From Syntrophales bacterium (GTDB lineage: Bacteria; Desulfobacterota; Syntrophia; Syntrophales; PHBD01), in assembly GCA_963668175.1 (NCBI GenBank), contig OY764159.1, positions 992,001 through 1,056,000 on the forward strand: DNA of 64,000 nt, read 5' to 3'. The position numbers and the translations under genes are program-made. Numbering within the stretch: the stretch's first letter is position 1; every line of letters starts with the position of its first letter. The notes below the pieces were generated by a model. It did not search any database. It worked only from the letters and a program-made list of their open reading frames with translations, and had not been told where the DNA came from. This document shows positions 20,685 through 31,256 of the stretch, in pieces.

Positions 20685-20759
20685 AGGCACGTAGCTCAGG
20701 GGGAGAGCGCCATCCTGACGCGGTGGATGTCCAGGGTTCAAATCCCTGCGTGCCTACCA
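20685..20759 (+). tRNA. tRNA-Val(GAC)
   Basis: Cloverleaf AGGCACG/CGTGCCT, anticodon loop CT-GAC-GC, TTCAAAT T-loop, encoded CCA. Confidence 0.92.
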
Positions 20760-20799
20760 TTTCTTATTGACAAGTACCATCGTGACGGTAGCAATGGTG

Positions 20800-20840
20800 A
20801 GGGCATCATCAAGTTTAGAAACGCGATGATGCCCTTTCTT
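20800..20840 (+). terminator. Hairpin with short T-tract between tRNA-Val and thrS
   Basis: AGGGCATCATC...GATGATGCCCT-TTCTT. Confidence 0.5.
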
Positions 20841-20906
20841 AATCGGGATGATTGTCATAAAATCAGGACCGTTTAACATGAACCGGTCGATGGATGGGAT
20901 GTTTGT

Positions 20907-22823
20907 ATGAGTGACATCAAAATTGGCCTGCCGGACGGTTCCACCGGCACCTTTTCCGATGGGACAACGGTGCGGGATGTTGTAGCCTCCTGGAAACAGG
21001 ATCTTTTGGCGTCGACCGTGGCGGCCAAGGTCGACCAGGCCCTCGTAGATACGAGCTTTAAGCTGCATAGGGATGCAGCGCTTACCTTGGTGGATATCGG
21101 TTCCAAGGAAGGGCTGGGCATTCTCCGGCACAGCATTTCTCACGTTATGGCCCAGGCCGTGCAGGATACGTTTAAAAACGTACTGGTTACCATCGGTCCT
21201 TCCATCGAGGAAGGGTTCTATTACGATTTCGAGTATGCCGAGACGTTCACGCCGGAAGACATAGAGAAAATCGAAAAGCGCATGGCGGAACTGGTTGCCG
21301 CCAATTATTCCTTCGAGCGCCGGGAAATGTCGCGGGAGGAGGCCGTCGAACTCTTCCGGGGGAAAGGCGAGTCCTACAAGGTCGAACTGCTGAACGATCT
21401 CCCCGCGGACGTCAAAACGGTGAGCATCTATACCCAGGGCGGCTATACCGACCTGTGCCGGGGGCCCCACATCCCTTCCACGGGGATGATCAAGGCCTTC
21501 AAGCTTCTGAACGTAGCCGGCGCCTACTGGCGCGGCGACGAGAAGAACAAAATGCTGCAGCGCATTTATGGGACCGGCTTTGCGACCAAAGAAGCCCTGG
21601 CCGACTATCTCCGTGTTATCGAGGAGGCCAAAAAGAGGGACCACCGCAGGCTCGGCAGAGAGCTCGATCTCTTCCAGGTCAATGAAGAAGCCGGGGCCGG
21701 TCTCGTCATCTTCCACCCGAAAGGGATGCTGCTGCGCTACCTGATCGAAGAATGGGAAAGAAAGGAACACCTGAAACGGGGCTATGACATGGTCATGGGG
21801 CCCCAGATCCTCAAGGCGGATCTCTGGAAAAAATCGGGCCACTTCGATCATTACCGGGAGAACATGTACTTTACCGAGGTGGACAATCAGCCGTATGGGA
21901 TCAAACCCATGAATTGTCTTTCCCATATGCTGATCTATAAATCGAAGATCAGGAGCTACCGGGATCTGCCGCTCAGGTATTTCGAACTGGGTACGGTCCA
22001 CCGCCACGAAAAGGGAGGAGTTCTGCACGGCCTGATGAGGGTCCGCCAGTTTACGCAGGACGACGCCCATATCCTCTGCACGCCGGAGCAGTTGAACGCC
22101 GAAATCAGGGCCATTGCCGATTTCGTCGGTTATGCCATGGGGATTTTCGGATTCGAGTACGAAGTGGAGCTCAGCACCCGTCCGAAGGACTCGATCGGGT
22201 CCGATCAGGACTGGGAGATGGCGACCAATGCCCTGGAGCAGGCCCTGAAGGACAACCATATGTCCTACGATGTCAACCCCGGGGACGGCGCGTTCTACGG
22301 ACCGAAGATTGATTTCAAACTTAAGGACGCCCTGAAGCGGAAGTGGCAGTGTGCGACCATTCAGTGCGATTTTACGCTGCCGGACCGGTTCGACCTGACC
22401 TACATCGGTGAAGACGGCGAACGCCACCGGCCCGTCATGCTCCACCGGGTCATTCTCGGGGCCATAGAACGGTTCATGGGCGTATTGATCGAACACTATG
22501 CCGGGGCATTTCCTGTCTGGCTTTCGCCTGTCCAGGCGGTCATTGTGACCGTGACGGATAAGCATATCCCCTATGGACAGGAGGTCTATCGGCAGCTCGT
22601 CGACGCGGGCGTCCGCGCGGAAGGGGATTTCCGGAACGAAAAACTGGGCTACAAGATCAGAGAGGCCCAGTTGCAGAAGGTGCCCTATATGCTCGTGATC
22701 GGTGATCGGGAAGTGGAATCGCGGTGCGTATCCCCCCGCCAGCGCGACGGGGGCAATCTCGGCGCGATCGGTGTCGACGAGTTTATCAAGCTGATCAAGG
22801 ATAAGTGCTCAGCATACAAATAG
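20907..22823 (+). CDS. thrS: Threonine--tRNA ligase
   Basis: [31 protein letters not shown]. Confidence 0.98.
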   Translation: MSDIKIGLPDGSTGTFSDGTTVRDVVASWKQDLLASTVAAKVDQALVDTSFKLHRDAALTLVDIGSKEGLGILRHSISHVMAQAVQDTFKNVLVTIGPSIEEGFYYDFEYAETFTPEDIEKIEKRMAELVAANYSFERREMSREEAVELFRGKGESYKVELLNDLPADVKTVSIYTQGGYTDLCRGPHIPSTGMIKAFKLLNVAGAYWRGDEKNKMLQRIYGTGFATKEALADYLRVIEEAKKRDHRRLGRELDLFQVNEEAGAGLVIFHPKGMLLRYLIEEWERKEHLKRGYDMVMGPQILKADLWKKSGHFDHYRENMYFTEVDNQPYGIKPMNCLSHMLIYKSKIRSYRDLPLRYFELGTVHRHEKGGVLHGLMRVRQFTQDDAHILCTPEQLNAEIRAIADFVGYAMGIFGFEYEVELSTRPKDSIGSDQDWEMATNALEQALKDNHMSYDVNPGDGAFYGPKIDFKLKDALKRKWQCATIQCDFTLPDRFDLTYIGEDGERHRPVMLHRVILGAIERFMGVLIEHYAGAFPVWLSPVQAVIVTVTDKHIPYGQEVYRQLVDAGVRAEGDFRNEKLGYKIREAQLQKVPYMLVIGDREVESRCVSPRQRDGGNLGAIGVDEFIKLIKDKCSAYK

Positions 22824-22921
22824 GATAAGGCGGTTCGTGGCAACGCCGTTCAGTTCAGGGGTTGTCTGTAAGGTGGTGGCGGTGGTATTGAGATGGTCGT
22901 GTTTTTCTGAGGAGGTGTCCT

Positions 22922-23431
22922 ATAGCTAAGGATTTAAAAATCAATCGCGAGATCAAGGTCTCAAGCGTTCGTGTCATCGATGCCGAAGGAAAGCAGTTGG
23001 GCATTCTGACCTTGGCGGATGCCTTGGCCGAGGCGACAAGGGCCGGCTTGGACCTGGTTGAGGTATCGCCCAATTCCGATCCTCCGGTCTGCCGGATCAT
23101 GGATTACGGAAAATTTCGCTACCAGCAAAGCAAGAAGATGCACATAGCGAAAAAGAGCCAGTCCGTCATCCAGGTGAAAGAAATCAGGCTGAGGCCTAAA
23201 ACGGAAGATCATGACATCCAGGTTAAGATCAAACATGTGAAGAAGTTTCTGGAGCAGCAGGACAAGGTCAAAATAACCATGATGTTCAGGGGCCGAGAGA
23301 TCGCTTATACCGAGATCGGAAGGAAGATCATGGAAAGTATCCGGGACGCCCTGGCCGATGTCGGCTCGATTGAGCAGCATCCGCGTCTGGAAGGCCGGAA
23401 CATGAATATGATCATCGCACCCAAAAAATAA
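22922..23431 (+). CDS. infC: Translation initiation factor IF-3, ATA start
   Basis: GAGGAGGT SD then ATA GCT AAG GAT TTA AAA ATC AAT, in frame with the tracked ORF (PPVCRIMDYGKF, FRGRE). Confidence 0.93.
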   Translation: MAKDLKINREIKVSSVRVIDAEGKQLGILTLADALAEATRAGLDLVEVSPNSDPPVCRIMDYGKFRYQQSKKMHIAKKSQSVIQVKEIRLRPKTEDHDIQVKIKHVKKFLEQQDKVKITMMFRGREIAYTEIGRKIMESIRDALADVGSIEQHPRLEGRNMNMIIAPKK

Positions 23432-23499
23432 TACCGTCTTGTATTTAAGATTGGAAAGACATAAACGTGGTGATGAAATCGTAGAGAAGAGGTGACGTA

Positions 23500-23697
23500 A
23501 TGCCGAAAGTCAAGACACACCGGGGCGCAGCCAAGCGTTTTCGCCTCACGGGCAGCGGCAAGGTGAAGAGAAACAAAGCCTTCGCCAGCCATATCCTGAC
23601 GACCAAAACGACAAAGAGGAAGAGAAATCTGAGGAAGGGTACCTTGGTCGACAAGACCAATGAAAGGGCCATCAAGAAACTGATCCCGTATTTATAA
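23500..23697 (+). CDS. rpmI: 50S ribosomal protein L35
   Basis: [14 protein letters not shown]. Confidence 0.97.
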   Translation: MPKVKTHRGAAKRFRLTGSGKVKRNKAFASHILTTKTTKRKRNLRKGTLVDKTNERAIKKLIPYL

Positions 23698-23785
23698 GAG
23701 CGGCCGCTGACATAAGCGGCGGAAACAGTCACGGACTGTCTGCCGCCGGTTGCCATCACCGCTTTTCGCAAGGAGCCTAAGAGCG

Positions 23786-24145
23786 ATGCCAAGAGTAAAG
23801 AGGGCGATTACCGCCAAGAAAAAAAGAAGAAAGATATTGAAGAGGGCCAAGGGATTTTTCGGAGCGCGGAGCCGTCTTTTGAGAACGGCGACGGAAGCCG
23901 TAGACCGGGCGCTCAAGTATGCCTTTCGGGACCGGAGAGTCCGCAAACGCGAGTTCAGGAAGTTATGGATTGCCCGCATCAACGCCGCCGCCCGGTTCCA
24001 TGATATCACATACAGCCGCTTGATCTCAGGCCTGAAGAAGGCCGGTGTCATCATGGACAGAAAAATCCTGGCCGATCTCGCCATTCATGATCCGCAAGGT
24101 TTTTCCCGGATTGTTACCCTAGCTAAAGGCGATGTGACGGCATGA
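23786..24145 (+). CDS. rplT: 50S ribosomal protein L20
   Basis: MPRVKR...[13 protein letters not shown]. Confidence 0.97.
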   Translation: MPRVKRAITAKKKRRKILKRAKGFFGARSRLLRTATEAVDRALKYAFRDRRVRKREFRKLWIARINAAARFHDITYSRLISGLKKAGVIMDRKILADLAIHDPQGFSRIVTLAKGDVTA

Positions 24146-25158
24146 TGCAGGATCTGGAGGATGTTCAGGGCAAGTTTGAAGCCGAGCTTGGGGCTTGCCG
24201 ATCGGAAGCGGAACTCCTCGAAATCAAGACGAAGTATTTGGGAAGAAAAGGCATCCTGACGGGGTTGCTGCGGAACATCGGGGCTGTTGCCCCTGAGGAC
24301 AGACCTCAATTCGGCAAGCGCTCCAACGAAATCAAGGAAGCCATCACCGCCAGGATCGAAAAGGCACTGGCCGAGATTGCGGCCGGACAGAAAGATAAAA
24401 TCCTTCTCGAAGAGAAGATGGATATCACCCTGCCGGGACGGACGGCCGGATACGGAAAGATTCATCCCGTCGTCCGGGTCTGCCGGGAGATATGCGATAT
24501 CTTCTCGGGGCTGGGATTTTCCGTCGTCGAGGGACCCGAAGTCGAGCTCGACTACTATAATTTCGAAGCCTTAAACATTCCCAAAGACCATCCTGCCAGG
24601 GACATGCAGGACACCTTCTATATCGAAGAAAATATCGTCCTTCGAACCCATACGTCACCCGTCCAGATCCGGACAATGCTGAAGCAGAAACCCCCGGTGC
24701 GGATATTGTCGCCCGGGCGGGTCTATCGCCCTGATTCGGACGTCTCCCATACGCCGATGTTTCACCAAATCGAAGGACTCATGGTCGACCGGGGAATCAC
24801 CCTCGGCGATCTCAAAGGCATCCTGACCTCTTTCCTGAAGCAGGTTTTCGGCGAGAAGACGGCCTTGAGGTTCCGTCCCAGCTTTTTCCCTTTCACCGAA
24901 CCCAGTGCAGAAGTCGATATATGCTGCGTGATGTGCCAGGGCGCGGGATGCAGGGTCTGCGGCCAGAGTGGATGGCTGGAAATCCTGGGTTCCGGCATGG
25001 TGGACCCCGAAGTATTCAAGAATGTCGGGTACGATCCGGACGAAATCTCCGGTTTCGCTTTCGGCTTGGGGCTGGAGAGGATCGCCATGCTGAAATACGG
25101 CGTATCGGACATTCGCCTCTATTTCGAAAACGACTGGAGGTTCCTGGAACAGTTTTGA
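24142..25158 (+). CDS. pheS: Phenylalanine--tRNA ligase alpha subunit
   Basis: [36 protein letters not shown]. Confidence 0.98.
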   Translation: MMQDLEDVQGKFEAELGACRSEAELLEIKTKYLGRKGILTGLLRNIGAVAPEDRPQFGKRSNEIKEAITARIEKALAEIAAGQKDKILLEEKMDITLPGRTAGYGKIHPVVRVCREICDIFSGLGFSVVEGPEVELDYYNFEALNIPKDHPARDMQDTFYIEENIVLRTHTSPVQIRTMLKQKPPVRILSPGRVYRPDSDVSHTPMFHQIEGLMVDRGITLGDLKGILTSFLKQVFGEKTALRFRPSFFPFTEPSAEVDICCVMCQGAGCRVCGQSGWLEILGSGMVDPEVFKNVGYDPDEISGFAFGLGLERIAMLKYGVSDIRLYFENDWRFLEQF

Positions 25159-25320
25159 TGTCTTCCCCCCAATATCCCCGCATAAGGCGCTGAGGAGCCT
25201 GATTTGCGATCGGACCCGATACCCGGAAACAAAGTTTGATGGCGGGGGGCTTTTCCGCAAACATTGGGCGTTGATCGCACTGCCTGATTCAGTTAAATAA
25301 AATAACGACGGAAATCGAAG

Positions 25321-27744
25321 ATGAAAGTTAGTCTGAAATGGCTTAGAGATTATGTTCAGATAGACCTGCCCGCTTCAGAGCTGGCTGACCGCCTGACCAT
25401 GGCCGGTCTGGAGGTGGAGTCCGTTGAAGAGATACGGCCTTCTTTTACGGATGTCGTCGTTGCCAAAATTCTGTCCATCCGGCCTCATCCCAACGCCGAC
25501 AAGCTCAGGCTTTGCGACGTGACCATAGGAGACGCCGTTTTGCCCATCGTCTGCGGGGCGCCGAACATTGAAGTCGGCCAGGTCGTTCCTTTAGCCAAGG
25601 TCGGGGCGACGATACCCGGCGGCTACACCATCAAGAGTTCCAAGATCAGGGGTGAGCTTTCGGAAGGTATGCTCTGTTCCGAAGAAGAACTGGCCATCGG
25701 CAGCGACAACACCGGAATCATGATCCTGCCGCCGGATCTGGCCTTGGGGCAGAAGCTCCAGGATGCGCTCGATCTGAACGATGCCGTTCTCGATATCGGC
25801 ATCACGCCGAATCGCGCCGACTGTCTGTCCATCATCGGGATAGCCAGGGAGGTGGCTGCACTGACGGGACAGAAGATGCGTTATCCGTCCTTCGCCGTCA
25901 GGGAGAATAATGAAGACATCACCGGGCTGACGTCCGTGACGATCCTGGACCCGGATCTCTGCCCTCGTTATACCGCCAGGATCATCAAGAATGTGACCAT
26001 CAAACCGTCGCCCCTCTGGATGAGACAGAGACTGGAAGCGGTAGGCCTGCGCGCCATCAACAATGTCGTCGACGTCACGAACTTCATCATGATGGAGATG
26101 GGGCAGCCCCTCCACTCCTTCGATTTCCGCTTCCTGGAGGAAGGGCGCATCGTCGTGAGGCGTTCCCAGGATCAGGAGCATTTCGTGTCGCTCGACGAGA
26201 AAGACCGCGTTCTGAAAGGCGATACCCTGATGATCTGCGACGGGGTCAAGCCTGTGGCCATTGCCGGCATCATGGGCGGGTTGAATTCCGAGGTCAAGGA
26301 CGACACGTCAACCATCCTTCTGGAAAGCGCCTACTTTAACCCGACGTCCATCCGCAAGTCGTCGCGTTGGCTGGGTATGAGCACGGATGCCGCTTTCCGT
26401 TTCGAAAGGGGCATCGACCCCGGCGGGGTTGTCCATGCCCAGAACCGGGCGGCGCAGCTCATCGCCGACTTGTCCGGAGGAGAAGTTTGCCGGGGGCTCA
26501 TCGACTGTTACCCCAAGGCCCTGGAGACCGTCGGCGAAATCCCTTTGCGTTTCGAGAAGATCAATAGTTTTCTCGGTGTTGAGGTTGATCGCGAAGAGTC
26601 GGCGCGTATCCTGGAAAGCCTGGAGATGGCCGTTTCCCGGAAGGACGGCAAGACCTGCGGCGTGACGCCGCCGACGTTCCGTGTGGATATAACCAGGGAA
26701 ATCGATCTGATCGAAGAGATCGCACGTATTTACGGTTACGACAAGATTCCCGTGACAATGCCGTCGGTGACGCTCGTTCCCCTTGTCAAGAAAGCCAAGG
26801 ACGTGATTGAAGAGATGGTCCGGGGCCGGCTCACCGGAGAAGGGTATACGGAGATAATTACCTACAGCTTCATTTCTCCCGGCGCGGCGGACATCCTCGG
26901 CCTGCCCGATGATGACGAGCGGCGCCGTCTCGTGAAAATCATGAATCCCCTGACGGAGGACCAGTCCGTCATGCGCACCACCATGGTCTTCAGCCTGCTT
27001 AAGACCATGAAGGCCAACGCCTACGCCGGGAATTTCGACCTCAAGCTCTTTGAGATGGGGCGGGTCTATATTCATAACCAACAGGGTTCGCTGCCGACGG
27101 AAAAGGCGCGGATGGGAGTCCTGCTGACCGGGCAGCGGAACGCGGATCTCTGCCACTCCAGGGAAGTATCGGCCGATTTCTACGATTTGAAGGGCTGTAT
27201 CGAAAATCTTGTCGGCAGCATGCAGATAGCGGATATGATTCTCGATACGGCGGTTACGGAACCGTTCCTCCATCCCGGCCGGTCCTGTCGGATGACGGTC
27301 CGGGGACAGATCCTGGGCTATATGGGCGAGGTCCATCCCGAGGTCATGGCCAGGATGGACCTGAAAAACCGGGCCTTGATCTGCGAGCTCGATCTCGACG
27401 TCCTGGCCGGTCTTTACAGCGGAGGAATCCGGTACCAGGATATTCCCAAGTACCCTTCCAGTTCGAGGGATGTGGCGTTCCTCGTCGGAAAAGAGGTGAC
27501 GGCGGGAAAGATGATCGCCATAGCCGTTGATTCCAAAGAAGAATTGCTTGAAAAAGTGTGTGTTTTTGATGTATATGATGGTAAGGGAATACCGGCCGGC
27601 ATGAAAAGTCTGGGCTTGCGGTTCTCATACCGGGCGGTGGAAAGAACCCTCACCGATGTAGAAATCAATGATGTTCACGGCCGGATCGTCAGGCAGATAA
27701 TCGCTGAGTGCGGTGCAAAGATCAGAGGTGAAGAGAGTATCTAA
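25321..27744 (+). CDS. pheT: Phenylalanine--tRNA ligase beta subunit
   Basis: HPNADKL, CGAPN, TPNRADCLS, RFERGID, DLIEEIARIYGY. Confidence 0.98.
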   Translation: MKVSLKWLRDYVQIDLPASELADRLTMAGLEVESVEEIRPSFTDVVVAKILSIRPHPNADKLRLCDVTIGDAVLPIVCGAPNIEVGQVVPLAKVGATIPGGYTIKSSKIRGELSEGMLCSEEELAIGSDNTGIMILPPDLALGQKLQDALDLNDAVLDIGITPNRADCLSIIGIAREVAALTGQKMRYPSFAVRENNEDITGLTSVTILDPDLCPRYTARIIKNVTIKPSPLWMRQRLEAVGLRAINNVVDVTNFIMMEMGQPLHSFDFRFLEEGRIVVRRSQDQEHFVSLDEKDRVLKGDTLMICDGVKPVAIAGIMGGLNSEVKDDTSTILLESAYFNPTSIRKSSRWLGMSTDAAFRFERGIDPGGVVHAQNRAAQLIADLSGGEVCRGLIDCYPKALETVGEIPLRFEKINSFLGVEVDREESARILESLEMAVSRKDGKTCGVTPPTFRVDITREIDLIEEIARIYGYDKIPVTMPSVTLVPLVKKAKDVIEEMVRGRLTGEGYTEIITYSFISPGAADILGLPDDDERRRLVKIMNPLTEDQSVMRTTMVFSLLKTMKANAYAGNFDLKLFEMGRVYIHNQQGSLPTEKARMGVLLTGQRNADLCHSREVSADFYDLKGCIENLVGSMQIADMILDTAVTEPFLHPGRSCRMTVRGQILGYMGEVHPEVMARMDLKNRALICELDLDVLAGLYSGGIRYQDIPKYPSSSRDVAFLVGKEVTAGKMIAIAVDSKEELLEKVCVFDVYDGKGIPAGMKSLGLRFSYRAVERTLTDVEINDVHGRIVRQIIAECGAKIRGEESI

Positions 27745-27775
27745 TTTCCGGAATTATGATGAAGGAGGCGTAAAG

Positions 27776-28051
27776 ATGACAAAGATCGATATCATTCAGG
27801 AAGTATACGAAAAACTCGGGTTCTCCAAGAAAGATTCGGCCAGTATCGTTGAGTCTGTCTTTAATATCATGAAAGACACGTTGGCTAAGGGTGAGAAGAT
27901 CAAGATATCCGGTTTCGGCAACTTTGTCGTCAAGGAAAAGAAGTCGCGCCGAGGAAGAAATCCCCAGACGGGCAGGGAGATTGAGATCACGGCCCGGAGG
28001 GTGCTGACCTTTAAATCGAGCCAGGTGCTGCGCAAGGCCCTGAACTCCTGA
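27776..28051 (+). CDS. ihfA: Integration host factor alpha subunit
   Basis: KISGFGNF, RGRNPQTG, ARRVLTF; lies after pheT. Confidence 0.93.
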   Translation: MTKIDIIQEVYEKLGFSKKDSASIVESVFNIMKDTLAKGEKIKISGFGNFVVKEKKSRRGRNPQTGREIEITARRVLTFKSSQVLRKALNS

Positions 28052-28131
28052 AGGCGGCGGGCGGCACATGGATATATCCCTCCTTTACATGACCGACGAG
28101 CCGGTCTTGTTTCCGGGAGAAAAGCTGAGAC

Positions 28132-28497
28132 ATGGATGTATCGATTCCCGACAAGTATTATTTTCGCATCGGCGAAGTTGCCAGGATCCTGGAAGTTGAA
28201 CCCCATGTGATCAGATACTGGGAATCGGAATTCAAAGCGGTTAAACCGGTCCGTTCCAAATCAGACCAGCGCCTTTACCGGAAGAAGGATGTTTTAACGC
28301 TTCAGGTTATCAAGGATTTATTATACCGGGAACATTTCACCATCAACGGGGCGAGGAAGCAATTGACCCGGATCATGGAAGCGAGCGGCGACAAAACGGA
28401 AGAGATTTCGGAACGACACGAAACGCCTGACGGCGAAGACAGGATGAAACTGATACAAATCAAGAAAATCCTTCAAGAAATCAAAGACAAGGTCTAA
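28132..28497 (+). CDS. MerR-family transcriptional regulator
   Basis: IPDKYYFRIGEVA...IRYWESEF; conserved position after ihfA. Confidence 0.9.
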   Translation: MDVSIPDKYYFRIGEVARILEVEPHVIRYWESEFKAVKPVRSKSDQRLYRKKDVLTLQVIKDLLYREHFTINGARKQLTRIMEASGDKTEEISERHETPDGEDRMKLIQIKKILQEIKDKV

Positions 28498-28515
28498 TTC
28501 ATAATAAGTGACGGC

Positions 28516-28562
28516 AAAAAAGCCGATTGACTCGAAAGAGGTCAATCGGCTTATCTTTTTTC
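28516..28562. terminator. Bidirectional terminator
   Basis: AAAAAAGCCGATTGAC...GTCAATCGGCTT-ATCTTTTTTT between convergent genes. Confidence 0.75.
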
Positions 28563-28597
28563 CGGCTATGCCGGGACTGAGGAGCGGTCCTGGCTCG

Positions 28598-28876
28598 TTA
28601 CTTCTTGCCTCTCTTCGAAGCCTTGAGGGGATTGAGTTTCTGGACGACTTCCTTGACTTCCCGTTTGACGTGCGATGCCGTGGGGCAAATGCCGATAATC
28701 CACTTGGCTGCCGGTTCCGGATAGACCTTGCAGTATTTGCCGCTGGCCAGCTCAATGATCTTGTTGCAGCCTTCGCAGGTTTCCACGATGATATGACAGT
28801 TTCCTCCGGTATATCCGCAGCCCTTCTTGGACATGAAGGTGCATTCCGTACCCTCTTTAATCGTTTGGCAAATCAT
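28598..28876 (-). CDS. PxxKW-family cysteine-rich protein
   Basis: Eight Cys, PAAKW, CPTASH, LNPLKASKR tail; AAGGAGG SD. Confidence 0.8.
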   Translation of the reverse strand: MICQTIKEGTECTFMSKKGCGYTGGNCHIIVETCEGCNKIIELASGKYCKVYPEPAAKWIIGICPTASHVKREVKEVVQKLNPLKASKRGKK

Positions 28877-29302
28877 GACGATCCCTCCTTTCTGGTGTCT
28901 GATGCCTTCATGGGACCGATCCCTGCCGCCGCTTAAGGCTTTCGGGATAATGGTTCATAAAAAAGTTCGCCTTGTTAGCAAGAAAATATTGCCGGTGTCA
29001 AGTAAAATATCATGTCCGGGTTATATCGATGAACAGATAGGAGGCGTTGTCATCCTGACGCGTCATGGCTGATATGGGGCTAAATTGTATTTTGACAGTC
29101 TGTAAAGACAAGTGTTAAGAATGTGGCATCGCTCTGGAGCAAACGGAACTGGGGCGGAAGGCGGAGGCGCCGCTCCCCGGAAACCTGGCTTGCGCAGTCG
29201 GTGTCCGGATGTGGAAGCCGTAGCCGGGGAGGCCTGGGCTCGATGGCCCCTGAACGCAGGATATCTCACGCATGATCGCGTACGAATCGCTTTGAGTTTG
29301 CC

Positions 29303-30280
29303 ATGGAACCTGAGAGACTAAAGATGAAGGTCGCCGCACTGTCGGTAGCCTCCAATACGGCGCTGGTGATCATGAAGCTTGCCGTAGGGCTCGCCATCGG
29401 CTCCGTCGCCATGATATCGGAGGCAATCCACTCGGGGTTCGACCTCGTGGCGGCCCTGATTGCGCTCTTTTCGGTGAAGACGTCGAGCCTTCCGGCGGAC
29501 GTTCATCATCCGTTCGGACACGGCAAGATCGAGAACATATCCGGTACGGTGGAAGCCCTCCTCATTTTCGGCGCCGCCGTCTGGATCATCGTCGAGGCCG
29601 TTGGAAAACTGAGGCATCCCGAGCCTATAGACGCCATCGGATGGGGGGTGGCCGTCATGCTGATCTCCTCCGTGGTGAATGTCGTTGTATCGGAGATACT
29701 CTTTCGGGTCGGACGCCGGACCGATTCCATAGCCCTCCAGGCCGATGCCTGGCATCTGCGCACGGATGTTTATACGTCGGCCGGGGTCATGGTCAGCCTG
29801 GCCCTGATATGGTTCCTGCAAAACCTTCTGCCGGGCCGGGATTTTTTCTGGCTCGATCCCGTCGCCGCCATCGCCGTGGCCCTTCTCATTCTCAAAGCGG
29901 CGTACGATCTTACCGTCCGGTCGGCCCGCGATTTGCTGGATGTCAAGCTTCCCAAGCCGGAGATCGACTGGATCACGCAGCTCATCGTCAGGCATCAGCC
30001 TGCCGTTCGGGGATTTCATCATCTGCGCACCAGGAAATCGGGCCAGTTCCGCTTCATTGAATTTCACTTGCTGGTCGATCCCCTGATGACCGTCGAAGCA
30101 TCCCACGACATTACGGAAGATTTGACAAAGGCGATCGAAGACCAGTATCCTGACGCGAGCGTTATGATCCATATCGAACCCTGTGACGGCAAATGCAGCC
30201 GCAACTGCCAGGAAGGATGCCTGCTGCCTCCCGACAGACGCGAAACAGGTCGATCCGGTACAGCGTTCCGTTTGAGATAA
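29303..30280 (+). CDS. Cation diffusion facilitator (FieF/CzcD-like) with Cys-rich C-terminal tail
   Basis: SEAIHSGFD, HPFGHGKIE, ADAWHLRTD, IHIEPC..KC...C...C; start may be 29324. Confidence 0.92.
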   Translation: MEPERLKMKVAALSVASNTALVIMKLAVGLAIGSVAMISEAIHSGFDLVAALIALFSVKTSSLPADVHHPFGHGKIENISGTVEALLIFGAAVWIIVEAVGKLRHPEPIDAIGWGVAVMLISSVVNVVVSEILFRVGRRTDSIALQADAWHLRTDVYTSAGVMVSLALIWFLQNLLPGRDFFWLDPVAAIAVALLILKAAYDLTVRSARDLLDVKLPKPEIDWITQLIVRHQPAVRGFHHLRTRKSGQFRFIEFHLLVDPLMTVEASHDITEDLTKAIEDQYPDASVMIHIEPCDGKCSRNCQEGCLLPPDRRETGRSGTAFRLR

Positions 30281-30311
30281 ATACGAGCACCTGTCGGGAG
30301 GGAGGAATCAT

Positions 30312-31172
30312 ATGAAAGATCAGGCCGTGTGGGTGGAAGGGATCATCCGGGATTGCGTTCGGAATTCGGCCGATAACTGCCTCAAGGACGCCGGCGGGGA
30401 AAAGTCCTGGGACGATGTGCTGGTAGGATTTTCCCGGGGCGATGACCCTATTTATTCGTTCTATAAAGAAGATATCGGCTCCTTCTACTGGCTGCCGGCA
30501 GAGGCGTTCGCCTTTGCTTATCCCGACGCCGAAGTTCGGCCTGATGGGCTTACGGTTATAAGCTGGGTCCTGCCGCAGAGGGACGTTACAAAGGCCGATA
30601 ACCGGAAACAGAAACAGCTTCCCGCGGAACGCTGGATCAGGTCGAGGGTGCTGGGTGAAGCCTTTAATATCCGCCTGGCCGGCCATCTCGTTGCCGCCTT
30701 GAAGGCGGCCGGTATGGACGCCGTTATCCCGTCGCAACTGCCGCAATGGTCCCATCAGACGTCGGCCAAATACAGCCTTGCCTCCACCTGGTCCGAACGC
30801 CACACGGCCTATGCGGCCGGTCTCGGGACTTTCGGCCTTTCCGACGGTCTCATCACCCCGAGGGGTAAGGCCATGCGCTGCGGTTCGGTCATTGCGCGGT
30901 TATCCATTCCCCCGACGCCGAGGCCCTATAAGGAGCCCTACGCCTACTGTCTCTATTTCACCGATAAGAAATGCAGGAAATGCATCAAGCGCTGTCCGGC
31001 CGGGGCCATCGACGAAAACGGTCACGATAAAGTGAAGTGCCGCGACTACCTCCATAACACCGTCTCCCCGTACGCCGAGGCCCATTTCGGCCTGAAGAGC
31101 TATGGATGCGGTTTATGTCAGACGGCGGTGCCCTGTGAATCGAGCATCCCGCGGCTGCGCGATGCTGAATGA
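30312..31172 (+). CDS. QueG/reductive-dehalogenase-like 2x[4Fe-4S] protein (no Tat signal)
   Basis: WSERHTAYAAGLGTFG, CRKCIKRCP, CGLCQTAVPC. Confidence 0.72.
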   Translation: MKDQAVWVEGIIRDCVRNSADNCLKDAGGEKSWDDVLVGFSRGDDPIYSFYKEDIGSFYWLPAEAFAFAYPDAEVRPDGLTVISWVLPQRDVTKADNRKQKQLPAERWIRSRVLGEAFNIRLAGHLVAALKAAGMDAVIPSQLPQWSHQTSAKYSLASTWSERHTAYAAGLGTFGLSDGLITPRGKAMRCGSVIARLSIPPTPRPYKEPYAYCLYFTDKKCRKCIKRCPAGAIDENGHDKVKCRDYLHNTVSPYAEAHFGLKSYGCGLCQTAVPCESSIPRLRDAE

Positions 31173-31256
31173 GCTATTCCGCCGACAGAGAGGATTCTTG
31201 CAAGAAGATTACCCGGACGGACTGAAATAACCGATGCAGAGGAGGAGGTTCCCGTC

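Noticed and set aside
20760..20906. T-box or anticodon-mimic operator in the thrS leader
   Set aside because: No T-box consensus. A CGT-containing loop at about 20775-20790 has only a 4-bp stem, which is insufficient evidence.
28498..28597. Expected tRNA-Pro or integration site after ihfA-merR
   Set aside because: No cloverleaf present; only a terminator hairpin.
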